A program made the translations under genes and the position numbers. Shown here one piece after another: positions 53,331-64,000 of a stretch of DNA of 64,000 nt. The DNA lies in NCBI GenBank assembly GCA_951406725.2, contig OX597814.1, positions 140,492,001 through 140,556,000 of the forward strand. The letters run 5' to 3'. The stretch is from Octopus vulgaris (lineage: Eukaryota). Position 1 is the stretch's first letter, and every line of letters begins with the position of its first letter. The notes under the pieces are model-generated. The model ran no database searches, had not been told where the DNA came from, and saw only the letters and a list, made by a program, of their open reading frames with translations.

Positions 53331-53410
53331 AATATTGGGAGCACCTGTTGTCAAGGAGAATAACAATGAGTACTTAGTACCTTCTGATATAACTGAAGTC
53401 AATCCAAAAG
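53331..53410 (+). CDS. Candidate internal exon of the + strand gene, uncertain
   Basis: Strong pyrimidine tract ending ttccttgcag. The only open frame is ILGAPVVKENNNEYLVPSDITEVNPK. Donor AAG|gtactc is weak. It ends in phase 1 while exon 56246 starts in phase 2, so they cannot be spliced directly. Confidence 0.3.
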
Positions 53411-55075
53411 GTACTCTATTACGACTGAAGATGATCTTCAGTCCAATCCACCAACCTGCAGTCTTAGCTACAATATCTGACTGGTGTTTATTTTGTGAAT
53501 GTAGTGGATGAATTTTCTATGAGAAGACATAACTTCCTCTTGTTAGCTATGTCCATCTAGGACAAATGTATCATTCCTTTTTGATGGTGTGTGCATGTCA
53601 CCCCAAGACATTTGGTATTATGTTGTGCTTGAGAAGAAGACCCATCAAGCTGAGGAAAATTGCAGTTGTGGTAGATACTGACATCATGCAAATGGCACCC
53701 ATGCCAGTGGTACATAAAAGAACCCATTACACTCTCAGAGTAGTTGGCGTTAAGAAGGGCATCCAGCTGTAGAAAACCATGTCAAATCAGACTGGAGCCT
53801 GGCGCAGCCTTCCTGCATGCCAGCCCAGTCAAACCATCCGACCCATGCCAGCATGGACAACGGATATTTGATGATGATGATGACAGCCTGCTTTATTCTT
53901 TCATCCACTCTCTGAACTTCTATTTTATTTCAACCTATCTTATGACCCTTGTAATGTAAATTGTTTCAGTCACTGTCCCAAAAGATGTATTTTTAATACA
54001 ATAACTGGTATGAATATTTACAGTCACACCTCTCTGTCTCTTATCTTATCCTTTCACTTACTTTCTATCACTCACTATCTCTATGTTACTTACTGTATCT
54101 TAGGACACTTGTATATGTGTGCACTGACATGTCTGTCTGCATATAAGTCTGTATGTGTGTTTGTGTATATGTAACTGCATATATACACATGTCTGCTTAA
54201 GTTTGTGTGCTGCATATAGGAATACAGGTGTATACACATATGTATGTATGACTTCACTTGGTGTTCAGTTCCCCCGACTGTGCCATTTCAGCTAGCCTCA
54301 AAATTAATTCCAGATATGTGTCAAGAAGTTTGCTTCCTAACCAAGCCATGTGATTTCAGGTTCAGCCCCCATGGCACCTTGGGCAAGTGTCTTCTTATAG
54401 CCCTTGACTGACCAAGTGGATTTGGGTGTGTGTGGTAGGAAGTTTGCTTCCCTAGTTCTGGGTTCATTCCCTCTATGCAGCACCTTGGGCAGGTATCTTC
54501 TACTATAGCCTTATGTGTGTGACTTTATGTCCGTCTTTGTCACCCATTACTGGGGGACAAATACAGAAACAAAGACACACATGGACGCACACAATTACTG
54601 CTTGACAACCAGTGCTGGTGTGTTTACATCCCCATAATTTAGCAGTTTGGCAAAAAAGACTAATAGTACTGGGATCGATTCATTTGACTAAAATTCTTAA
54701 AAGCAGTGCCACAGTTCTAACGACTGAAACAAGTAGAAGTTGAAAGATATCATCATCATTTTAACACCCACTTTGCCATGTTTACAAGGGTCAGAGAGTT
54801 TATTGACGCAGATTTTCTCTGGCCAGACATGTTTTTGCAGAATATTAGAAATAAATGACTCTCATTTACAACAATTACATGATGTCAAAACAAGAAAACA
54901 CTAACAAACAAACATTTACACATGTGAACTTGGAATATAAAGAACTGGAACTGGAAGAAATGCTGCTAAGCATTTTATCTAACTCCATAGTATGATTTTT
55001 GGGGCTACCTAATAAGGAAGGAAAGCAATCGTACTGCTCTAATTCATAATTGATTGCTGTGGCTGATAGGCATAA

Positions 55076-55291
55076 TTAACCCTTTTGTTACCATATTTAT
55101 TTTGAGATGCTCTGTGTTTCTTTCAATTATTTTAGATATAACAAAGAATTTAGTAAAATAACTTCATTATCATTAAGCTAGTGTTAGGAACATAAATTGT
55201 GATTAAGGTTTGGTGGAAGATTTTAATTCAAAATTTATGAAAACAAGAACTACAGAGCCAGTTTCAGCTGGCTTGGTAACGAAAGGGTTAA
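55076..55291. mobile_element. piggyBac-like MITE, second family
   Basis: TTAA|cccttttgttacca...tggtaacgaaaggg|TTAA. Confidence 0.85.
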
Positions 55292-56245
55292 ATACATATT
55301 AAGGATGCCTACTAAATCATGTTTATTTGTATTTTATTCACTCAAAAACAGAGAAAGATAGTCAATGTTCATAGAATATGATCTCAAAATTACAAGCTAC
55401 TGGATATCTTAATTAGACCAACTTCTCTTAATGTTGTGCTGTATTTACTGTGTAAATCAGAATTTAATCTGTTGGCTTTCTTTGTTATATTTGTTGTTGT
55501 TGTTGTTCCTTGACAAATAGACCTATAATTAAGACCATCCTAGCTTCTGTTTTTGGATATCTAAGAGTACATCGTATCCAATGTGACTTTTCCTTTTTTT
55601 TTTAAAGATGATGGAGATGTGATTTCAGGGCAATTTACTATTGCTTCTAGCAGGTTGGGTAGAGGCTCTTGGATACTGTAGTATAAATATGACATAACAC
55701 AGCTGCCAATACTAACAAATGCTGAACTCTATAGTCCACTCAGTGACCAAACCTTCACTGAATAACATTACTGTTATTGGGTTACTGTTGAAATATAACC
55801 CTCTCTTTCTTTGTCAGCTGCTATCAGAGTGGACTCTGTTCTTCCATATATGCTTATTCTATAGAAACTCCATTTAATTTTCCTTCTTCCATTACACTAT
55901 CTTCCTCAGGAGCCTCCTTCTCCAGAGACTGTCCTAAATCTTTTGTTTAATCTTTCTTCAGATCCACTTTCCTCTGAAACTTGAGTCCTACTTTATATTT
56001 TCCCGACATTAGGAAGAGCTAGAAAAAATGTTTGAATGCTTATGCTTCTACACTGAAGTTTAACTAAGAAGCTTTTGTCTTACAAACACTATCTTATAGA
56101 GATCATTACACATTTAATTATGACAAAATTGCATTTTCAGCTTTGATATATTACTAGTTTAAGAGTTTTGTTAATATTTATAATTGTGTTTGCCAATCAT
56201 ATTTTTATTGATTTTTTTTTTTTTTTTGTTCTTTCTTTTAACCAG

Positions 56246-56348
56246 ATGCACATTTTGGCATTCTCTAACCAATGCCAGTGAACCACTTACTGCTCGAACA
56301 AGACAAATAGAAGCTAAATCAGATAGTAGCACCGGCACAGAAAAAAAG
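56246..56348 (+). CDS. Internal exon of an unidentified host gene (phase 2 to 0)
   Basis: Long poly-T acceptor ending ttttaaccag and donor AAG|gtaatg. Single open frame CTFWHSLTNASEPLTARTRQIEAKSDSSTGTEKK. Phase-compatible with the next exon. Confidence 0.7.
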
Positions 56349-56465
56349 GTAATGAAGTACAACCATTTCTAATTATTATAGACATAAGAATCTTAAATCA
56401 AGTAGAAAATTTTATGCATCAAACATATATCTGCATGTACATCTACATGTGTTTAGTGTTTGTGT

Positions 56466-56502
<37 letters not shown>

Positions 56503-56546
56503 ACATTTAAACACATTAATCAACTTAGATCCATTAGTCCAAAATA

Positions 56547-56596
<50 letters not shown>

Positions 56597-57411
56597 CATT
56601 TGCATCACAGAACTCCAGCAGCCTAGTTCTCTCCTCATTGCAGGAACCAAATCCAAAGCCACCATGTACACCATGGAAGCTCCTTGCATGTTGTCCAATA
56701 TGCCAATTGAAGTCGTCATCCACAAAGAGAAGGCCCTGTCATTTGTCGATGCAAATAATAATAATGAGATAGAATTGGACATTTGCATTCTTAACTAGAG
56801 CTACAACCAACATTTTTCAGTCAGCCAAACTGTGACAAAATTAGATAAATGAATAACAATGTTTGTGGAAAGTGTTTATTTGGCCTTTTTTTTTTTTTCT
56901 ATTATAAATATAATTCTTATGTTACTAAATCATTATCATGTTTAATTTACATCCACTGTCCATGCTAGCATGTTTAATTTACTGATTCAACAGGATCTGA
57001 CAGATCAGAGAATCATGCCTTGCTCCAAGTTCTCAATTTTGGTATGATTTCTATGGTTGGATATCCTCCCTAACATCACCCACTTTAGAGAATGAACTAG
57101 ATGTTTTTTTTCTCCACTACACCAGCGACATAAAGATTGCCCTGCACTCAGCAAGATGAAAGAATGAATATAATCATCCTATTTACATTCATTGACTGTT
57201 TTCAATTCGAATATTATGAATTTTTACATGACTGGTAGAATTGGTAGTGCTACAGATGAAATGCCTTGTGTTACATCTGTCTTCGTTCATAACTGATTCA
57301 TTCATCACAGATTGAGTAACATGAGTATACTCAATTGTGAACTGTTTCATTTATCCCATTCATCTGTGATAACATGATAACCTGTGTGTGTACACATTTA
57401 CATATATATAT

Positions 57412-57652
57412 CATCATCATGGCTCGGCTTCGCGAACGAAGATCAGGAAGGCTGTCCACGTCGTGTGCATGCACACTCATGACTGACAAGTCCGATAAGG
57501 GAAAGGCAGATCCGTGAGCAGTGTCCACAGACGAAGGTAACATCCGGTGTGGTGTCAGAGGCGGCTCGCACCTTCTTCCTGTGTCTCTTGTCTTTCAGTG
57601 CATCTCTTCTTTGTTCCTCAAACTAGCTGACTGCGTTGAAGATCGTGTGGCG
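57412..57652 (-). mobile_element. RTE-clade LINE extreme 3' end
   Basis: Minus strand reads FEEQRRDALKDKRHRKKVRAASDTTPDVTFVCGHCSRICLSLIGLVSHECAC. This is the RTE C-terminal C..C.R.C.S.IGL.SH zinc motif, followed by a short UTR and a (GAT)n tail. Confidence 0.85.
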
Positions 57653-58279
57653 ATATAGCATCAATATAAACTCATAAGTCAAATCTTCTGCAAAAGCACA
57701 CCCCAGCAATCATCCTCAATGCTTTGGATCTTGGAACAAAACCTATTTTTTCTCACATGTTCTATTATTGATCAGTGATTCTTTTAACATGGTGTTTTTG
57801 CTTGTTGTTGCTTTTTTTTTTTAAACCAAATACCAGTGATAAATGAGGATAGGTGTATTTAGCTTTTGTCACTTTCGAGTCTGGGTTAATATCTTTTCAG
57901 GAATAATAAAGTATGCACCAGTCAAATACTGTGGGTCAGTGGATATAATCGATGTTACCCACCCTAAATTTCAACCCTCATGCCTAAACTAGGAATCGGC
58001 ATGATGGCAAGTCAATGACAGAACCTCTGTGCAACTAGCTTCTCATCAAAACCATGTTTTGCTATCTTAAAAAGCAAGGCTATTTTGGGTACAGCATCTG
58101 AAACTAAGACATGACAGTATCAGGAATGGTTTGAATCATTGGTCAATTTGATCAGAGCTGATCTGAGGTGGTGGTAGTGGTAGGGGAAAAACAACAGCAG
58201 TAACAACCAAAATTGTGAACTTTTACCTTTGTGTTAATGAAGTGTTTTAGTAAACTACTATTATTTGTTATTTTTCAAG

Positions 58280-58363
58280 CTACCAGAACATCATACTGGC
58301 CATGCAGCAGCAGCAACATCAGAAAATACAAGGAAACAAAATGAGGTTTCTCAAAATGAACCT
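58280..58363 (+). CDS. Internal exon of the host gene (84 nt, phase 0 to 0)
   Basis: Acceptor tttttcaag and donor CCT|gtgagt. Encodes LPEHHTGHAAAATSENTRKQNEVSQNEP. Confidence 0.72.
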
Positions 58364-58715
58364 GTGAGTATTTTTCACAATTATTTCTGATACTTATTTA
58401 TCTATACCCTTTATTAGATATGCTGCATTTTCTTAGTATTTTTTTTTTGTTTTGGTCTTTTGAAAGAAGACCAAATTTTATTTTAATCACAGATCTCTAA
58501 ATTAGAATTTAATACAGACTCCTTGTTTTGTTGAAACTGATAATGTTAAAATCTTTGATTTGCTAAGTAGACTGTATTTTCCAAAGCTTTAAGTACAATA
58601 TTTAAAGCATCAAGCTAGAAACCATCAGTGCAATATCTTATCATTAAATTAGTTATTGCATGTTTCTCACTTGCCATAATAGCATTCTTTTACTAACTAA
58701 TATATATATATATAT

Positions 58716-58850
58716 AGGAAGGGCATCCAGCTGTAGAAACACTGCCAGATCTGACTGGCCTGGTGCAGCCTTCGGGCTCCCCAGACCCCAGTTGAACCGT
58801 CCAACCCATGCTAGCATGGAAAGCGGACGTTAAATGATGATGATGATGAT
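58716..58850 (+). mobile_element. Short retroposon family C with (GAT)n tail, representative copy
   Basis: aggaagggcatccagctgtagaaac...ccaacccatgctagcatggaaagcggacgttaaatgatgatgat. Other copies, in both orientations, at about 2095-2225, 9960-10165, 11715-11845, 13455-13760, 18650-18960, 24720-24825, 28125-28285, 41160-41400, 49650-49870, 50665-51000, 53040-53240, 53590-53883, 56930-57150, 60366-60670, 60866-61050. Confidence 0.85.
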
Positions 58851-59028
58851 ATATATATATATATGTATGTGCAATTGTATCTGTGATGTTTGGTTCAGTT
58901 CCACTGCACTGCACCTTGGCCAAGTATCTTCTACTAGACAATACTTGCCCAAGGTTTTACACTTACCCTAAGATTATTATTAACTATTTCTATAAAGATA
59001 TTTTTAACGGTGTTTAATGTCTTTTCAG

Positions 59029-59129
59029 AAGGATTCAGAAAATAAACATAGTGAAACACCAGAGAAAGAAATTGAAAAGAAAACAGAACCAGAAAGTGAC
59101 CAATCTAAGGAGAATCTTGAACATAGCAA
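59029..59129 (+). CDS. Internal exon of the host gene (101 nt, phase 0 to 2)
   Basis: Acceptor gtcttttcag and donor AA|gtaaga. Purine-rich, encodes KDSENKHSETPEKEIEKKTEPESDQSKENLEHS. In phase with the two preceding exons. Confidence 0.75.
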
Positions 59130-59221
59130 GTAAGAGGACTTTTATATGTAAAAATCTGCTACAATTATATTGTGTTAACCTTTTAGCATTTAAACTGGCT
59201 AGATCCAGCCCCAAATATTCA

Positions 59222-59889
59222 GATCGAGTCTTTCTCATTCACAAAATGAGCCCCACTTAATTTTGCTCAAGTTGCTTTCTGTTTTGGTGTATCGATGCAA
59301 CTCTGAATTTTGATTATGATCAACCAATTATTTTATTTCTTAAATTAAAGAACCTGATGTTATTTAGAATTAAAGTTTAGAAATTTGGGTAATTTTAGCC
59401 AATCAACAGACAGCGTGGCATTAGCAGCTTGTTACCATGACAACCGCATGCTGTGTTGTGGTTCGCTGTTGTCTGTTCTGCTGTGGTCTATGTTGATTTT
59501 TCACACTTAGTATTTTTACATATTTTTCATTTCATGTATTTTCATATATTTTTGGGTCTCATTGACTCAGATAGCCAGATTTATGATTTCACTAGGTTAA
59601 TGCTATTCATAAAAATTTAAATTGGGAGTATTTCTTAAACCGTTAGCTCCACTTTTCAACAGCTTCACTGAAATTTAGCACACTTAACAGGAACTGGGAG
59701 GGATATAGTGGAACAGAGAAACTGTGGGTGATACAGATAATTTGACATTATTTTTAAATTCTGCATGCAAAAACACATAAGATACAGGTATTCTTTTCCT
59801 TGGGACAAATTCTTTGTTGACCAGTGTTATTCTTATTGGAGTTTTGGAGACAGACGCCCTCCTTTTCTTTCTCTCTCTCTCTCTCTCTA

Positions 59890-59927
<38 letters not shown>

Positions 59928-60694
59928 ATATATTTAATGATGTACATAAATACATGGCAGGTATATATGATTAATACTGAAGTATGCATAAAGTAAACAC
60001 ATGCAGACAGATGTATTAATATAACAATTTTTTTAAAATGATAAAAACATACAATCAATGAAGAGACAAAGGAAACAGTAAGATGATACATGTTGATTTT
60101 ATTAGGTATTTATGTTTATTTAAAAACGTACAATGAACAGGTCAGACGCTAAACTAAAGAAATTCACAGGGTACAACCATAAAGTTGACACCACTCTGCT
60201 AAATGCAGAAAATTTCTGTCTCGCTATTAGCTAAAAATACCCAGTTTTTTTTTATTTTAAACCTCTGTGACTTTTTTCTCCAATTTGTTCTCTACAACAT
60301 CATACCTTCAAATCAATGCGACTGATTTTCAGATTTTTTACTTCCATTTAAAAAATGCATATTTTCATCATCATCATCATCATTTAGCGTCCGTTTTCCA
60401 TGCTAGCATGGGTTGGACGGTTCTACTGGGGTCTGTGAAGCCAGAAGGCTTCATCAGGCCCAGTCAAATCTGGCAGTGTTTCTACGGCTGGATGCCCTTC
60501 CTAACGACAACCACTCCATGAGTGTAGTGGGTGCTTTTTACGTGCCACCCGCACAGGTGCCAGACAGAGCTGGCAAACGGCCACGAACGGATGGTGCTTT
60601 TTATGTGCCACCGGCACGAGGGCCAGGCGAGGCTGGCAACGGACACGAAATGGGGCGGTGCTGGCAACGGTGCGAATGAAAAAAAAACTAGATC
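59222..60694. mobile_element. Non-autonomous MULE-like DNA transposon
   Basis: 10-bp direct repeat caaatattca at 59212-59221 and 60695-60704. Imperfect TIRs gatcgagtctttctcattcacaaaat and atttt[SINE]tgcgaatgaaaaaaaaactagatc. Superfamily is inferred from TSD length and G...C termini; an 8-bp TSD reading is also possible. Confidence 0.7.
59397..59444 (+). promoter_or_regulatory. CCAAT (NF-Y) box plus RFX X-box motif
   Basis: agccaatca at 59397-59405 and GTTACCATGACAAC at 59431-59444, in a locally CpG-containing stretch. Motif match only; function not shown. Confidence 0.5.
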
Positions 60695-61067
60695 CAAATA
60701 TTCAACTTGTTCCATGTTCAGAACAGCCAAATCTGACCTTTCACACCTACTCTAAAATGTCATTCTAAAGATATAGTCACCTCATTGAAGTCTTGAAGCT
60801 ATGAAATAATGTATGATAAATTCAAAAATTTGTGAATAAATAAGTATTAAACATGACAGAGTAATCATCATCATTATCATCATTTAATGTCTGTTGTCCA
60901 TGCTGGCATGGGTTGGCATGCTGGAAGGTTGCACCAGGCTCCAGTCTGATTTGGCATGGTTTTCTATGGCTGAATGTCCTTCCTAATGCCAACCACTCCG
61001 AGAGTTTAATGGGTACTTTTACATGCCACCAGCACAGGTGCCATTTGTGTAACACCAGGGCGCATTT

Positions 61068-61180
61068 ACGGTATATCAGCCAAAACGTATTAACATCAAA
61101 CTAGATGAGGACAAATATCCGTCAAATATAAATAATGTAAATAATGTACATAATTACTCATCTCTTAAATATAGAACTGA
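61068..61180 (+). mobile_element. Penelope-like terminal fragment
   Basis: ggtatatcagccaaaacgt...gatgaggacaaatatccgtcaaat...aaatatagaactg matches 40068-40170. Confidence 0.6.
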
Positions 61181-61290
61181 ACAAATATATAGATTTTCGT
61201 GAGCCAACAAGTGAGTTCCTATGCAGTCATTTAGCCTGCTAGAAATAGTAACCTAATCTTAAGTTACATCCTGCTAAGAAACTAGCCAAG

Positions 61291-61508
61291 CAATTAAGAT
61301 TTGCTCAAAGTTTAGATTTATGCAATAATGACAGTTATCAGAAGGTGACATTTATGTTTTCTCCAAGTTGGATTTTATTGATTTTTAACACTATCAAGCC
61401 TTGTGTTTACATTAACAAAATCATTAACTCTGGAGAAAATGTTACGTCACACATACTCTGACAATTGTCTTTCTTGTATAAACCTGAACTTTGAGCAAAT
61501 CTAAGTTG
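61291..61508. mobile_element. MITE with long TIRs, superfamily unclear
   Basis: agatttgctcaaagtttagatttatgcaataatgacagttatcaga pairs with tctgacaattgtctttcttgtataaacctgaactttgagcaaatct. Inner ttttctcca and tggagaaaa also pair. Confidence 0.7.
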
Positions 61509-62386
61509 TTATTTATCCACTTGTAATATTACTATTAGTAGTGGTAGTGATGATGGTGGTGGTGGTGGTAGTAGTGTTGATAGTAGTATTTAGAGTACCT
61601 TAGACCAAATTTATGTCTTTTTCCTTTTTGCTAATATGATACAATTTGAAGGGTATTTGGCTGCTATTTCTTTCCCAAGTAGTTAACAATGAAAAATTAT
61701 TCCCATTAGAAATCAAAACCAATGACTGGACTGATTTTAAAAAAAACAAAAAAAAAACTGCTTTGATGACAATAGTGGCGGCAGTGATGAAAGCAGCTCC
61801 TCCTCCTCTTTCTTAGACACAAGACAAATTTTGTGAGAGATAAAGGGAATAGATGAATGCATAAAATAAGATTTTGAACACTTGAAATAAATTCTGTAAC
61901 AAATTTTGGACATATGGATATACTTTAATTTCACTGTTAGTCAAAGCAGGTGATGGATTAAGTTTCCTACCCAACTAATACAGGAATAAATACCGCAATC
62001 ATCTAGCTTGGCATTCTTACAGTTCTACCAATCCATCCCTTTCTCATGAGTGCATGCATGGCTGTGTAGTTAAGAAATTTGCTTCCAAACCTCATGGTTT
62101 TGTGTCTCCTTGTCTGGACATTGCATAATCTTTGTAAATGAATGTCATTCATTTCCAATATTCTGTGGAAAAAATGTCTGACCATAGGGAAATATTACTT
62201 TGCTTGGAAATAGGTAAGGGTTGGTGGCAGGAATGGCAATGCAGCCATAGAAAATATGCCTCAGTAAACCTTGCTTGACCCATGCAGGTATGGAAAATTG
62301 GACATTAAAATGATGATGATGAATGAAATGAGATATAAGGAAAGCTTCTAGCAATGCAGGAAGTTTTAAAAGGCTTTATATTTCAG

Positions 62387-62428
62387 GCACAGAGGCCTGT
62401 ATTCAGAAGAATACAGTCAAAGAAATAA
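62387..62428 (+). CDS. Candidate next exon of the host gene (42 nt, phase 2 to 2)
   Basis: Acceptor tttatatttcag. Open in the phase left by exon 59029-59129, giving KHRGLYSEEYSQRN. Donor AA|gtattt is weak. Confidence 0.35.
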   Translation, partial: AQRPVFRRIQSKK

Positions 62429-63390
62429 GTATTTACATAAAGCTTGCCATTTTGGATAGTCTGGTGTTTGAGTTATCAGCAGCAGCAACTCCCCATATGT
62501 TGGTGTAGGAGTTAGCAGCAGTAACTCCCGCTGTTCAAGAATTTGAACCTGGAGATCTCCATTTCCAGCAACTTCGAGGGCCACCTCCTAGTGGTGTCGG
62601 GTGTCAACGAAGAATCCTCAACTACAACAAGACAACTAAAGTTTTTTTTTTTCGAAGGTCTGGGGTCTCCCGCCCCTAAGCCCTAGACTATCACCTAATC
62701 ACCCTTACCCGTCTTGTTGCTTAACAACAACAACAGTAACTCCCTAGCTGTTTGGTGTAGTCAGTGTCAAAGAGGTTGTGTTGGGGACGGTGTGATGATG
62801 TCACTCTGAATTGGTGCCTTTTTTTTCGTCCCCCCTCCCACTTCTGAAAGGATGAAAGGCAGAGATGACTTTGGCAAAACTGGGAATGCAGAGTGTTGGA
62901 ACAAATATTTTGAGGTGTTCTATCCAATGTTCTAACAATCCTGCCAGTTCACAGTTTTAAGCAAGATTCTCAAAAAGCATGAGATTTCTGCTGATGTATG
63001 ATAGGTTGTTGGGTTACCTTCTTTGATGATGGGATACACTGCAATATATCTCTGGTGGTGGGTGGAGAGAGGGAGGGAAACAGATCCATATTTCTGATAA
63101 AACAGACTACATGGTAAAGCAGATGTATTTATTCTGCACATCTGTAATTTTCTCATATGTATATAAAATAAATTAAAATATTACTTGACACCCACTGCAA
63201 TTCAATACAATGTCATTGCATGCAATATGATATATTTGAGTTGCAGTAAAGCCATGAAAACTGTTTGGATTATTTAAATAGAATTTTCCAGTATATTTCA
63301 TCAGTTCTATCCAATCTCTGATTGGTCATAAGTCAGTCAACATAAATATAAAGCTTCTTGCTCGATTGTAACATATTGCACTTTGTTGTT

Positions 63391-63785
63391 GGTTAGCTCT
63401 GGATTAGCTCAGATCAAGATGACTTATGATCAAAGCCAATCCAGCTGTGGCCATCCCATGCTATCATTTTCCTATGTGCTAAGAACCCAGGACCACATTA
63501 TCCAACATATCTTTGTCTAAGGTGTGAGGGATATTAGGCTGCTACTTCAAGCATATCAAGCTGCCACCTGGAAGCTCCCTATCATTGTTTAGCTCTGGGT
63601 TAGCTCAGATCAAGTTGACTTTTGATCAAAAGCAGTCCAGCTGTGACCATCCCATACCATCTTTTACCTATGTGCTAAGAACCCAGGACCACATTATCCA
63701 ACATATCTTTGTCTAAGGTGTGAGGGATAGCTGGCTGTTATTTCTAGCATATCAAGCTACCACATAGAAGCTCCCTATCATTGGT
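63391..63785. repeat. Tandem dimer (period ~196 bp) of dispersed family D
   Basis: ttagctctgg...aagctccctatcattg occurs twice, starting at 63393 and 63589. Monomers at about 14940-15150, 29655-29830, 37365-37745, 42155-42270, 42690-42880, 43525-43710, 52835-52980, 55500-55670, and inverted at 20030-20240, 44460-44650, 58015-58170. Confidence 0.85.
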
Positions 63786-64000
63786 TCATGTTGCATTTGA
63801 TATATGAGAATGGTGTGTCAAAGTCCCAGTTACTGCTCCGTTTCACTCTAGAGAATTAGCAGGGGAATACTTACATCTGCTGTTTAATTCGTGAACATAG
63901 TAACTGAAGCTTGGCAATCAAATATCCCTGCACATATAGTGCCTCGAGAAAGGATGTGTGTTCTTGATTTAGAATCTCAGATCCTATTTCTTTGATTTAG

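Larger units (their letters stand above)
59175..60865. mobile_element. piggyBac-like MITE (16089 family) split by a 1.47-kb insertion
   Basis: ttaaccttttagcatttaaac...ccaaatattca at 59175-59221 resumes at 60695 with caaatattca...tgtgaataaataag...gacagagtaatc. Confidence 0.7.

Noticed and set aside
331-63156. Most ORFs in the supplied track as protein-coding genes
   Set aside because: They are short read-throughs of SINEs and microsatellites (THTH, YIYI, CVCV runs and recurring EDTCPRCH-type SINE peptides) in eukaryotic intron-like DNA.

Overview
AT-rich animal genomic DNA, not prokaryotic. The SINE families, (TA)n/(CA)n/(ATC)n microsatellites and LINE remnants are typical of Octopus; this is inferred from repeat style, not from a database search. 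Most of the window is intron or intergenic sequence saturated with repeats: four to five short retroposon families, 5'-truncated LINEs (CR1-like x2, RTE x2, HERO-like, R4/Dong-like x2), Penelope-like termini, a non-autonomous Helitron, a Helentron-type HINE, and hAT, piggyBac, mariner, pogo and MULE-like MITEs. Almost all ORFs in the supplied track are repeat read-through. One host gene is supported, by three phase-compatible + strand exons (56246-56348, 58280-58363, 59029-59129) plus weaker candidates. They encode a hydrophilic low-complexity segment I cannot name. The most notable observations are: Penelope-like termini combining a tRNA-like segment with a degenerate hammerhead core, with fold-backs turning near that core; a MULE-like element carrying a CCAAT box plus RFX X-box, nested inside a piggyBac-like MITE in an intron; one SINE head with two swapped LINE-type tails, both matching LINEs present in the window; and several long hairpins that could be ADAR or small-RNA substrates. 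No rRNA, intact tRNA or CRISPR array was seen.
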